Assembly: GCA_017615245.1 (NCBI GenBank)
Contig: JAGAAL010000035.1
Coordinates: 764 to 64,763, forward strand
Direction: 5' to 3'
DNA: 64,000 nt
Source of the DNA: Bacteroidaceae bacterium
Lineage (GTDB): Bacteria; Bacteroidota; Bacteroidia; Bacteroidales; Bacteroidaceae
Shown in pieces: positions 1 through 8,893 of this stretch; within the stretch, counting starts at the first letter, position 1; each line of letters begins with the position of its first letter. The translations under genes and the position numbers were made by a program. The notes beneath the pieces were generated by a model that saw nothing but the letters and a program-made list of their open reading frames with translations, ran no database searches and was not told the DNA's origin.

Positions 1-1260
1 CCACCACACTCCTGCTGCACCTTTGTCGAGTGTGAACGCAAAGAAATAGCTGAGCGGCAGGCTGACGATGATATAGGCGATGAAGGCATAGAGCATCATC
101 CGTTTCACGGCTTCTATTCCTCTCAGCACGTTGGCAAACAGTATCTGTGTGCAGTCGCCCAACTGATAGACCATGAAACAAGGCAGAATGGTATAGAGCG
201 TGTTGACAACTCCCTCGCTGGTGGTGAACAGCGATGTCAGCGGGCTGAAGAACACGGTGATGAGCGTCGTCATCACCAACGAGCAGACTAATGTCATCAC
301 GTATGCAGTCTTCACCGTGCGGTGCAACATCGTCCAGTCGTTCCGTCCCCGATACTGACTCACCAGAATCGAGGCTGCCCCTCCGACGCCATAGAGCACT
401 TGGAAACAAAGTGTGGAGATGGTACCCATCACCTGATGGGCAGCAAGCGGAATAGCACCCAGCCACCCCATGAACAATGCAGCAATATTGAACGAAGATG
501 CTTCCAGACACAATTGGATGGCGATAGGCAGTCCCACCATCGTAAGGTGGACCATCCCCAAACGTGTCACACCGTTTGTTCCTTCTACCGTTTCAGGTCT
601 TACATACGCACGATAGGACTGGCTCATTAGCACCACACCCATCGCAATCGGCATGAATGCCCTCGCAATCAGCGTCGCGATACCTGCACCCAACAGACCC
701 ATCTCGGGGCATCCTGCCACACCGAATATCATCACGTAGTTGAGCACTACATTCAGTACGTTCGATATGAGCATGATATACATCGGCGTACGTGTCCGTC
801 CCAGCGCATCGGAGAACTGCTTCATCGAGTTGAACACCGCCAGAAACAGCACCGAAGCCAGTTGGGTCAGCAAATAGGGGCGAATCAGCGGCAGCAACTC
901 AACGGGTTGACCCAGGCGATCGACGTTCACATACAGCAACACCAGCACCAGCGACACGAATATGCCTGCTACGATGTTCACCAAAAGGCTCTCACGCAGG
1001 GCACGAGCTGTTCCGCGATAGTTACCCCGACTGAAGAGTGCCCCTACCACGGGTGTTGTACCGAACGAGATTCCCAACAGGAAGAAAATCGCCAGATTGA
1101 ATATGTTGTTCACGAATCCCGATGCCGACAGCTCCATCGTGCCGTACTGCCCCACCATCATCGTGTCGGCAAACGACTGGCAGACAATCCCCAGTTGTCC
1201 GACAATCAATGGACTGCCCAGCTTCGCTATTTTCCATACCAGTTCCTTACGCGATTCCAT
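1..1260 (-). CDS. MATE family efflux transporter; the C-terminus lies beyond the window start
   Basis: My own minus-strand translation from the ATG at 1258-1260 (MESRKELVWKIAKLGSPLIVGQLGIVCQSFADTMMVGQYG...) stays open for 420 codons to the window edge. It is missing from the ORF track because there is no stop in the window. The multi-helix hydrophobic pattern is typical of MATE/NorM-type transporters. Confidence 0.8.
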   Translation of the reverse strand, partial: MESRKELVWKIAKLGSPLIVGQLGIVCQSFADTMMVGQYGTMELSASGFVNNIFNLAIFFLLGISFGTTPVVGALFSRGNYRGTARALRESLLVNIVAGIFVSLVLVLLYVNVDRLGQPVELLPLIRPYLLTQLASVLFLAVFNSMKQFSDALGRTRTPMYIMLISNVLNVVLNYVMIFGVAGCPEMGLLGAGIATLIARAFMPIAMGVVLMSQSYRAYVRPETVEGTNGVTRLGMVHLTMVGLPIAIQLCLEASSFNIAALFMGWLGAIPLAAHQVMGTISTLCFQVLYGVGGAASILVSQYRGRNDWTMLHRTVKTAYVMTLVCSLVMTTLITVFFSPLTSLFTTSEGVVNTLYTILPCFMVYQLGDCTQILFANVLRGIEAVKRMMLYAFIAYIIVSLPLSYFFAFTLDKGAAGVWW

Positions 1261-1266
1261 TAGAAT

Positions 1267-1353
1267 AGTTTACCGTTTACTGTTTACCGTTTACTGTTTT
1301 GCACTGCGAAGATAGTAAAAGTTTATCGTTTACTGTTTACTGTTTACTGTTTT
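1267..1353. repeat. Two 34-bp direct repeats, each built of about 4.5 tandem GTTTAC(C/T) heptamers, 53 bp apart
   Basis: 1267-1300 (agtttaccgtttactgtttaccgtttactgtttt) versus 1320-1353 (agtttatcgtttactgtttactgtttactgtttt) differ at 2 positions. The 19-bp spacer carries TATCTTCG on the minus strand (1307-1314), which is one mismatch from the -7 consensus. Confidence 0.9.
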
Positions 1354-1361
1354 TTCTAGTT

Positions 1362-1430
1362 TTTTTACATAAAATTCTAACGCTCGACAATAAAAACAAG
1401 CTTTTATTGTGCTCACTTAACCGAATTTTT
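1362..1430 (+). repeat. 69-bp dispersed intergenic repeat, copy 1 (inverted relative to copy 2 at 25308-25376)
   Basis: tttttacataaaattctaacgctcgacaataaaaacaagcttttattgtgctcacttaaccgaattttt matches the reverse complement of 25308-25376 at 64 of 69 positions by hand alignment. It contains a 9-bp A/T inverted repeat (acaataaaa / ttttattgt). Confidence 0.9.
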
Positions 1431-1472
1431 CAGTTTTACAATTTTTTAATTCTTCAATTTTTCAATTTTCGC

Positions 1473-1480
1473 TATCTTTG
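1473..1480 (+). promoter_or_regulatory. Bacteroidetes sigma-A -7 box, TATCTTTG
   Basis: Exact TAnnTTTG match 28 nt upstream of the ATG at 1508. Confidence 0.6.
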
Positions 1481-1507
1481 CAACGGAAATCAATAACTAA
1501 TCGCCTT

Positions 1508-4500
1508 ATGATAAAGAAACGTATATTTATGAGTGTGGCGGGGATGATAGCTTTTGCTATTTCCTTCGCTCAAGGAACAAACGTATGGGAAGCCCCTGCT
1601 GTTCCTGCTGAGGATATCAGTACATTGAAGTCGGTAACGACGGGCTATCTGCTGAATGTGGAGGCGGATGCTTTCGTAGTGAACGGTATGACGAGTAACG
1701 TGCAGGCTTGTGCCACACGACTGACGAACGGAGACACACAGGAATCCACGCCTCATCGCTGTACGGCGATGGTGGGGAGCGACGGAACGGTGCGTTTCAG
1801 ACTGACCAGCAGTTCATCATCGTACATCTCGTGTGTGAACGCTAATGCCAATAACGTAGTGGTGAACCGCACGACAAATCCGAAGTTCACCTATACGGAA
1901 ACGGCTGAGGGGAGTCATGTGTACACGCTGACAAGTGCGACATTAGAGGCCCCGCTCGATGTAGCCTGGACCTATGGCGGCCCACTGACGCTGAAGGATG
2001 GACAGGGCAAAACCACATGGGCATTCATCAAAGAGACGTCGGTCACCAACGGCAACTATGCCCGATACAAAGCAAAACGTCAGCTCTATAACATCTATAA
2101 GGCGTTGGCGGATGCAGGGATGACAGGGCAATACAAGGATGCTTTGGAGAGTGCCTATAAGGAGTACACGGCTTCGGATGCCACCTTGGAGCGTCTGCAG
2201 ACTGCTGCCCGCAAACTGTTCCACGCGACCTATGCTGATATCACCACCCCTATCAACGTGTCGTTCCTGCTGGTGAATGCCGATATGGTGGGCAACGGTT
2301 CGACGGACGGATGGGACAAGAGCAGCCCTGCCTTCAGCTGGGCAGAGTTCGAACGCTACCACTCTGTATGCACGTTGGAGCAGGGAGCCACCTTCCCCAT
2401 CGGCACATACGATTTCGGTTTTCATTCGCTCTATCGTCAGGACGGCTCGGATGCTGCTCCTACGTTTGTGGTGACCGCTTCGAATGAGGTGAAGACGACC
2501 GTACCGCTGATGAGCGACATCGACTTCGGCGTAACGAACGCATCGGAGAACAACTGGAAGCAAGGACCGAAGTACTACCAGCCCGACGGGATGAAGTCGT
2601 GCGGACAAGCTTTGGCTCACGGAGATGCTGTGGCTTGGGCAAAAAACGTGGTGGTGGATGGAACAGGTTCTGTCTACGTGAAAGCAGCGATGGCCTCAGG
2701 TTCACAATGGTTGAACTGGCAAGGGGTGACTGTCATCTACAAGGGTGTGGGTCAGGATGCCCTGCGCTCCGTATTAGCCAATACTATCAGCCAGGCTCAG
2801 ATGTTGTATGGTGACGGAACGGGCAATGGTGCATCCATACTAAAGAGTGCCATTGATCAAGCACAAGCTGTCTATGACAACCCTCAGGCCACAAACGCAG
2901 ACATCAGCGGTTGGTGTGAAAAACTGAGTGAAATCATTGACAGCTATCGCAAGGCCAACGCTTCGGAGGTGAACCCGATTGACTACACTTCGCTGATTAC
3001 GAACCCGAGTTTCGAGGACGGTACAGACGACTGGACGATATCGGGAATGGGTACACAAGGCAATACTGCATTCTCCATCAAGGCAGGCAGCACCTATCTG
3101 GAACGCTGGACAGGTAAAGGCAACAAGGTGGGCGACGGATATGTGATGCAGACCATCAAGGACCTCCCAGTAGGTAAGTATCAGCTGAAGGTGGCTGCCC
3201 AGAATATTCAGGAAGACACGCCATCAAGATCACAAAACGGTGCATGGATTGTGGCGAATATCGACAGCCAGAAGGTGACCATCCGTAAGCAATACACGCT
3301 AACATTCACCAATATTGAGAAGGATGCCATCATCGGCTTTATCGCAGAAGGAGCTACAGGAAACTGGATTTCGTGCGACAACTTCCGCTTGTATTATATC
3401 GGTGGCAATGACACGGATTTTCGTGATGCTCTCGGCCGATATATTCAGAATGCGACATCGCTGCAGAACATGAAGATGCACGATAGTGCAAAAGAACAAC
3501 TCGACCTCTGTGCCGAGGCTGCAGTGAAAGTCCTGACCGCTCCTGAAGGAACGGGCGACTACACTGAGGTATCTACCCCACTCCGTTTGGCTACGGAAGA
3601 AGCCAAACGTTCTATCCAGGCATACGAAGCGCTGAATACTGCCATCGCTGATGCGGATGCCACCTACGGCGACGGAAGTAATCCAGGAGCTACTGACTAT
3701 CTTGCTGCCATCGATGCAGCCAAGACTGTCTACGAGAATGGTGCTTCGACCTACGATGAACTAGCCGAGCAAGTTGTGAAGCTGGAGGATGCCAAACTGC
3801 TGTTCCTGATTCAGTCGCCGACGGGTAACATACCGACCATCACGACGGACAAGCGTTATGCACGAGGTGCAACGATGGCATTCGGACGATTCACATATAA
3901 GGTGAACGGGGCAAAGATGAAGCAAGCGGGCTTCTGCTACAGCACGGAACATAACCCGACCATCTTCGACGAGAAGTCCACCCGTACGCTTTCGAACAAC
4001 GGACTTATCTACGTGATGGAGAACATGAAGCCTGCGACCGTCTATTATGCTCGTCCGTATGTACTGACCGAAGGATATCAGGTAGCATACGGCGACGAAC
4101 TGAAGATTATCACCATTCCAAAAGGCACAATGACCTATTGGTACAACAACGGTGGTAGCGCAGAGGAGAACGACCGCATCAACTACGCGCTGAAGAACGG
4201 AACGACCATCTGGAACAACCTGATGAACATTCAGGGTGTGAATCTCAGTGTTTCCTACGGTTCGGGTACACCTACTGCCGACTGCAGCTACGGAGGCAGC
4301 ATGCGTGTAGGGCCTAACTCTGCTTATCAGCGTACGGGAACCATTATGCACGAGGCAGCTCACGGTGTGGGTGTAGGTACCATCGGAGGCTGGTGGGCAT
4401 TGCTGGTTGACGGCGTCTGGACTGGTGTACGTGCCAATGAGGTACTCCAGTTCTGGGACAACGACAACTCGGCTAAGATGAAGGGCGACTCGATGCACAT

Positions 4501-5266
4501 GTGGCCATACGGCATAAATGGTGCACAGGAGGATAGTGGTACGGACCTGCTGTACTATGGAAATGCTCTCATCATCGAAGGTATGCATGAGGATGGTGTA
4601 CAGCCTACAGGCAACTGCTTCGCCACCCCAGCTTATACCTACGATTATGTTGATGACCAGTGGTATTACATCCAGAACGAAGACGAAACATTCGGATTCC
4701 AAAAAGCATACCTGCAAGCAACAGCGTCAGGATTGAAATGGACGGAAGTGGCAACCGAAAGCCTTGGAAGCGATGAAAGCTTTGCATGGACCATCACGTT
4801 CGACCCCAAGACCCAGTACTATTCATTCCGCAACGTAGGCACAGGTGCATTAATCTCGTATAACGGCAGTAAGTTCACCACCGTGAAACGCGAGACACCA
4901 ACAGCCAATGAAAAACTCCAGTTGATGCCAAGCCGTAGTCTCGTCACATGGAAGAACGACGGAAAGAGCTATAAGCTGCGTGGCTACTGGATGCTACGCG
5001 CCAACGGAGGTTCTGCAACTGCGATGACAGGAGCAGCAAACGGAAACGTCAGCGGCACAAACTTTGATAACAATCAGGCAGACACCAAACAGCGATGGCT
5101 CATCCTGAGCGAAGAGAACGGAATAGCAAGCGGAATCGAAGAAATCAGCGTGAAGAGTGAAGAGAGGAACGTGAAGGAAGCTATCTATAACCTCGCAGGT
5201 CAGAAGTTGAGTGCACCTCGAAAGGGATTAAACATCATCGATGGCAAGAAGATTTATGTGAAATAA
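1508..5266 (+). CDS. Large T9SS-secreted multidomain protein with a putative zinc-metallopeptidase HExxH motif, lectin/CBM-like modules and a C-terminal sorting domain
   Basis: The ORF track gives 1478-5266, but that TTG start overlaps the -7 box, so I use the ATG at 1508 (MIKKRIFMSVAGMIAFAISFAQG signal peptide). HEAAH is encoded at 4349-4363. Two FIVAR-like helical segments are present (AIDQAQAVYDN..., AIDAAKTVYENG...). There is a galactose-binding-like module (NPSFEDGTDDWT...NFRLYYIG) and a beta-trefoil-like C-terminal region with a QRW motif. The last roughly 70 aa end in AIYNLAGQKLSAPRKGLNIIDGKKIYVK, typical of a Por/T9SS C-terminal domain. Confidence 0.8.
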   Translation: MIKKRIFMSVAGMIAFAISFAQGTNVWEAPAVPAEDISTLKSVTTGYLLNVEADAFVVNGMTSNVQACATRLTNGDTQESTPHRCTAMVGSDGTVRFRLTSSSSSYISCVNANANNVVVNRTTNPKFTYTETAEGSHVYTLTSATLEAPLDVAWTYGGPLTLKDGQGKTTWAFIKETSVTNGNYARYKAKRQLYNIYKALADAGMTGQYKDALESAYKEYTASDATLERLQTAARKLFHATYADITTPINVSFLLVNADMVGNGSTDGWDKSSPAFSWAEFERYHSVCTLEQGATFPIGTYDFGFHSLYRQDGSDAAPTFVVTASNEVKTTVPLMSDIDFGVTNASENNWKQGPKYYQPDGMKSCGQALAHGDAVAWAKNVVVDGTGSVYVKAAMASGSQWLNWQGVTVIYKGVGQDALRSVLANTISQAQMLYGDGTGNGASILKSAIDQAQAVYDNPQATNADISGWCEKLSEIIDSYRKANASEVNPIDYTSLITNPSFEDGTDDWTISGMGTQGNTAFSIKAGSTYLERWTGKGNKVGDGYVMQTIKDLPVGKYQLKVAAQNIQEDTPSRSQNGAWIVANIDSQKVTIRKQYTLTFTNIEKDAIIGFIAEGATGNWISCDNFRLYYIGGNDTDFRDALGRYIQNATSLQNMKMHDSAKEQLDLCAEAAVKVLTAPEGTGDYTEVSTPLRLATEEAKRSIQAYEALNTAIADADATYGDGSNPGATDYLAAIDAAKTVYENGASTYDELAEQVVKLEDAKLLFLIQSPTGNIPTITTDKRYARGATMAFGRFTYKVNGAKMKQAGFCYSTEHNPTIFDEKSTRTLSNNGLIYVMENMKPATVYYARPYVLTEGYQVAYGDELKIITIPKGTMTYWYNNGGSAEENDRINYALKNGTTIWNNLMNIQGVNLSVSYGSGTPTADCSYGGSMRVGPNSAYQRTGTIMHEAAHGVGVGTIGGWWALLVDGVWTGVRANEVLQFWDNDNSAKMKGDSMHMWPYGINGAQEDSGTDLLYYGNALIIEGMHEDGVQPTGNCFATPAYTYDYVDDQWYYIQNEDETFGFQKAYLQATASGLKWTEVATESLGSDESFAWTITFDPKTQYYSFRNVGTGALISYNGSKFTTVKRETPTANEKLQLMPSRSLVTWKNDGKSYKLRGYWMLRANGGSATAMTGAANGNVSGTNFDNNQADTKQRWLILSEENGIASGIEEISVKSEERNVKEAIYNLAGQKLSAPRKGLNIIDGKKIYVK

Positions 5267-5273
5267 AAGACAG

Positions 5274-6041
5274 ATGAAGACGGCAATCATACAACACGTT
5301 ATCAAGGAGAACGGGTTGGAGTGGAACCTCCAGCATATAGCCGATTTGCTGAACGAACAGCCAGGAGCTGACCTCTACGTACTGACGGAGATGTTTGCGA
5401 CAGGATTTATGGCGAAAGGGGCAGCAGAACATGGGCAGCAGATACTGAGTTGGATGCAAGCACAGGCTCAACGCCTGGATGCCGCGATTGCCGGAAGTAT
5501 TGCGATAAACGATGGGGTGCGACAAAGGAACCGCCTGTTCTTTGTTCGTTCCGACGGCAGTTATGATTATTATGACAAGCGCCACCTATTCAGTTATGCA
5601 GGAGAAAACGAAGAGTATGCCGCAGGAGAACGGCGTGTGGTGGTAGAATGGCGAGGTGTGCGCTTTCTGTTGCAGGTATGCTATGACCTGCGTTTCCCCG
5701 TATTCAGTCGCAATCATGGCGACTACGATGCAATTATCTATGTAGCCAATTGGCCTCAACAACGCAGAGAGGTATGGCAAACACTGCTGAAGGCCCGTGC
5801 CCTTGAGAACCAAAGCTTCGTAATAGGCGTGAATATCGTAGGAAACGATAAGACATGCGAGTATTTAGGTGATTCGGTTATTATCAATGCATACGGTCAC
5901 ACCATCGCTCAGTGCACCCCAGGAAAAGAAGAAACCGCTGCAGCCGAACTTGATATGAACGAACTGCAGCGATTCCGTGAGAAGTTCCCTGTACTAAGGG
6001 ATGCGGACCTTCCTATTTCACGAGTACCTTACGGCCATTAA
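5274..6041 (+). CDS. Carbon-nitrogen hydrolase family amidohydrolase (omega-amidase YafV-like)
   Basis: 255 aa. The Glu-Lys-Cys triad contexts are LTEMFATGF, KRHLF and QVCYDLRFP. Confidence 0.8.
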   Translation: MKTAIIQHVIKENGLEWNLQHIADLLNEQPGADLYVLTEMFATGFMAKGAAEHGQQILSWMQAQAQRLDAAIAGSIAINDGVRQRNRLFFVRSDGSYDYYDKRHLFSYAGENEEYAAGERRVVVEWRGVRFLLQVCYDLRFPVFSRNHGDYDAIIYVANWPQQRREVWQTLLKARALENQSFVIGVNIVGNDKTCEYLGDSVIINAYGHTIAQCTPGKEETAAAELDMNELQRFREKFPVLRDADLPISRVPYGH

Positions 6042-7389
6042 CGATGTTGATACCCTTCTGCAGGGAATTGGTTCGTTGGCCTCGCAGGTTATACTTAACT
6101 TCCTCACCCTTAGGAGAGATTTGGGTTGCAGTAATTCCTACTGCATTAGGATCGTAAGAGTGAATCTCGATGGCTTCAATCTTGATGTCATCTGTTGATG
6201 CTTCCTTAGTGAAGCTAAGGTTGAACTCGCACCAGGTATCAGGTATTTCAAATTCGATGGCACGATCGTTGCCAACCTCAACTGTTTCCTTGAACACTAC
6301 GTCTTTCTTTCCAGAGAGTCGCTTAAGTTGTACCGTAACAGTTTTTCCTGCCTCACCGATTGCATTGAAGGTAAGGCGATAGTTGCCCTGAATGAACTGA
6401 AGTGATGGGTAAACGTTCGCATTGCCGTTAGAGCCGGTATCTTGTTCCTTTCCATAAGAGCAGATGGTGGTACCAGAGTTAATGGTCCATCCGTGACTCT
6501 TTGGTGCCCAGCCTTCTACCTCGATACATGGACGGAACTTGAGGGTAGGATCGCAAGGTGAATCGAGGGTGTATTGCTTCATGAAGTTCCACATGGTCTT
6601 CGATGCATTTCCGTCTTCAGTGTTACTGGTTTCGGGCGAGTGGCCCATACCGTTCATTGAGTAGAACACGTAGGGGAATCCACCTTCGCCAGCTTCGTAA
6701 ACCTTCTTGGTGAACTTACCCGACTTTGTGGTGGTAACTGGTACCGGATTACAACCATTACGAGCTACCATATTATCGACAATCTTCGTTACAAGCGAAG
6801 ACTTCACAAGGTCGTCATTCGTTCCGTGAATATGGAGGAATGGTACTGGACGATAGCCTGTGTGGTGGAGGTGGAACTCATTGATAGGGTATCCGCTGAT
6901 AGATGCGAATGCAGCAAACTTATCAGCGAGGAGGTTCGCAACCGTGTAGGTCATCATACCTCCATTGGAGAATCCGCAGCAGTAGATACGTTTACGGTCG
7001 ATGCTGTAAGTCTTTGCTACGTCCTCAATGATGGCAAGAATGTAGTCAATGTCGTTGCTCCATTCGCCAGTAGAGTTCCAACCTGGCAACTCCATATTGC
7101 CGAAGAATGGGAATTTGACATTTTCACCATGTCCGTATACCACGATGATACCATCTGTGTTGGCAATCGCATCGAACGATGGCTGTTTGTTGTCGGACGA
7201 ACCGCCAGTTCCGTGCAGACAGAACACGAGTGCGGTGTTTTCTTTTACGTTGTTTGGCACGTAGAGACGATACTTACGAGTCTTAGTACCTACTTTGATG
7301 TTGACTGCTTTGTCAACCTTTGCTGCCCATGCGAAGGTTCCGCCTACCATGAGCAATGCTGCGATGAGCATAAATTTAAAAGTTCTCAT
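6013..7389 (-). CDS. Secreted esterase (PHB-depolymerase / CE1-type alpha-beta hydrolase) with a T9SS C-terminal sorting domain
   Basis: Signal peptide MRTFKFMLIAALLMVGGTFAWA. Nucleophile elbow GFSNGGMM. LHGTGGS and HIHGTNDD motifs are present. The C-terminus KYNLRGQRTNSLQKGINIVNGRKVLVK is T9SS CTD-like. Confidence 0.8.
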   Translation of the reverse strand: MRTFKFMLIAALLMVGGTFAWAAKVDKAVNIKVGTKTRKYRLYVPNNVKENTALVFCLHGTGGSSDNKQPSFDAIANTDGIIVVYGHGENVKFPFFGNMELPGWNSTGEWSNDIDYILAIIEDVAKTYSIDRKRIYCCGFSNGGMMTYTVANLLADKFAAFASISGYPINEFHLHHTGYRPVPFLHIHGTNDDLVKSSLVTKIVDNMVARNGCNPVPVTTTKSGKFTKKVYEAGEGGFPYVFYSMNGMGHSPETSNTEDGNASKTMWNFMKQYTLDSPCDPTLKFRPCIEVEGWAPKSHGWTINSGTTICSYGKEQDTGSNGNANVYPSLQFIQGNYRLTFNAIGEAGKTVTVQLKRLSGKKDVVFKETVEVGNDRAIEFEIPDTWCEFNLSFTKEASTDDIKIEAIEIHSYDPNAVGITATQISPKGEEVKYNLRGQRTNSLQKGINIVNGRKVLVK

Positions 7390-7418
7390 AATGTTGTTGT
7401 TTGTAAAAGGGAAAAATG

Positions 7419-8753
7419 TTAAATATTTAATAGGGTTTCATTTACTCTGACGTTTTTGACTTGCAAGCGTTCGATGTACTCAGGATGGAAATCTGCATTA
7501 CCTGCCCGGATCGTGCAATCCTCAAAGAGGAAATCACGAAGGTGGTATTGGTCCTCGCGAGGAGTGACATTGAAGAAGGTAGAGCACTCCAAATTGATGC
7601 GTCGCATCATGATGTTGTTGCTGTACGACATCGGGGTATCTTTACGGTCCTTGAGATCGTAGAACTGTGTCCAAGGACGTACCAAGAGGAAATTCTTCGC
7701 ATTACCCGTGATGTCCTCGACGGTGATGTATTCGTAGTGCTGAGGTGTGTCGGGCCGCATCTTGAGCCACAGCAAATTAGTAGCCTCATCAACCTTGATA
7801 CGTCGCAAAAGAATGTTGTGGTCGTAGATAGATTCACTACCGCAAGTAACACAACTGGCACAGAATCCGAACGTGCAGTCCTCAATGATGATATTCTCAT
7901 TACCTCCGTTCTCAGGCATCTTCACAGGGTCATCTGCCCATGGGCCTTTACCGCCTTTGAGAGCTACCGCATCGTCGTCGACAGACATATAACATCCTTT
8001 CACCAGCATATTCTTGCAGGCATCAATATCGATGGCATCGGTCGATGGTGCACGTACTGGTTTGTAAAGCGACGTGATATGGAGATTGAGTAACTTCACG
8101 TTCTCCGATTTATAATAATGAGTCGTCCAGAACGGGGAATTCTGCAGGCTAACCTGCTCGATTTGTACATTCTTACAATTCGAGATATAGACCAATCGTG
8201 GACGCTGTTCATCCTTGTTCGTACATTGTGGATTCCAACTGCGGCGCAACCAGAAAGCTTCCCAATAAGGCAATCCGTTTCCATCGATTGTACCTTCGCC
8301 AGAGATGGTAAATCCATCCAATCCGTCAGCATTAACCAATGCAGGGAAGTACTTACAGGTCTCACCTTCGATTCGGGTGGTCATCACAGGGAAATCGCTG
8401 ATATCGGTAGAACCTTTCAGCACCGCACCTTTTTCTAAAAAGAGATGCGTACCCTGCTTAAAAAACAACGCTCCTGACATGAATGTGCCTGACGGAATCA
8501 CCATCACTCCCCCACCATTGGCAGCGATGCGGTCAATGAGTGACTGCAGTTGTTGCGTATAAATCTTGCCATCCATCATCACCCCATAATCAGTGACGCG
8601 ATACTGCCGACCTAAGCGCGAGATATCAACGTGAGTCGTATCGCGAAACCATGCAGGAATCTCCGTACCATCGGGAAAAAGGTCCTTCACCAGCTTCTTG
8701 GCTGATGCGGTAACAGACAGCATGACAAATGCGATAGAGAGGAGCAAATTCAT
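7419..8753 (-). CDS. Glycoside hydrolase family 28 (polygalacturonase-like beta-helix)
   Basis: GH28-like motifs STDAIDID, SVDDDAVALKGG and RRIKV. I start at the ATG at 8753 (MNLLLSIAFVMLSVTASA signal peptide) rather than 8765, because the -7 box lies at 8776-8783. Confidence 0.8.
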   Translation of the reverse strand: MNLLLSIAFVMLSVTASAKKLVKDLFPDGTEIPAWFRDTTHVDISRLGRQYRVTDYGVMMDGKIYTQQLQSLIDRIAANGGGVMVIPSGTFMSGALFFKQGTHLFLEKGAVLKGSTDISDFPVMTTRIEGETCKYFPALVNADGLDGFTISGEGTIDGNGLPYWEAFWLRRSWNPQCTNKDEQRPRLVYISNCKNVQIEQVSLQNSPFWTTHYYKSENVKLLNLHITSLYKPVRAPSTDAIDIDACKNMLVKGCYMSVDDDAVALKGGKGPWADDPVKMPENGGNENIIIEDCTFGFCASCVTCGSESIYDHNILLRRIKVDEATNLLWLKMRPDTPQHYEYITVEDITGNAKNFLLVRPWTQFYDLKDRKDTPMSYSNNIMMRRINLECSTFFNVTPREDQYHLRDFLFEDCTIRAGNADFHPEYIERLQVKNVRVNETLLNI

Positions 8754-8775
8754 TTTAATAAGCATTTATTGACCG

Positions 8776-8783
8776 CAAAGATA
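8776..8783 (-). promoter_or_regulatory. -7 box TATCTTTG (minus strand) for the GH28-esterase operon
   Basis: The plus strand reads caaagata, which is an exact TAnnTTTG on the minus strand. Confidence 0.55.
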
Positions 8784-8868
8784 CAAAAAAGTTTAGAGTT
8801 TAGTGTTCCGAGCTTAGAAAAATTTGAAAAAATAGTCAATAGTAAACAGTTAAATGCTAAAAATTTAC

Positions 8869-8876
8869 TATCTTTG
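8869..8876 (+). promoter_or_regulatory. -7 box TATCTTTG for the parC-like gene
   Basis: Exact TAnnTTTG match 18 nt upstream of the ATG at 8894. Confidence 0.6.
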
Positions 8877-8893
8877 CTGCAAATTGTATAGAA

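Noticed and set aside
1299-1496. ORFs 1299-1496 (+) and 25146-25400 (-) sharing the peptide FLHKIL.LDNKN.LLL.SLNRIF.
   Set aside because: The shared peptide is simply the translation of the 69-bp intergenic DNA repeat. The ORFs span promoter boxes and have no coding support.
1478-1507. N-terminal extensions proposed by the ORF track. These are 1478 (TTG), 12457, 17701, 18591, 20770, 22439, 23046, 31261, 40826, 44684, 53579, 57224, 61693 and 62139.
   Set aside because: The extensions overlap promoter boxes, terminators or the upstream gene. Internal ATGs give canonical signal peptides or conserved N-termini (for example MSRIGKLPI for L6 and MTDPIADYL for S8).
3761-4717. Long antisense or alternative-frame ORFs inside confidently identified genes. 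Examples: 3761-4717 (-), 1943-2620 (-), 9242-10015 (-), 20070-20810 (-), 25893-26459 (-), 28365-29183 (+), 31779-32516 (+), 36152-36697 (+), 46927-47451 (+).
   Set aside because: Each lies opposite or out of frame to a gene with strong family signatures. Their translations are low-complexity or Arg/His/Cys-rich with no recognisable motifs. They are typical shadow ORFs.
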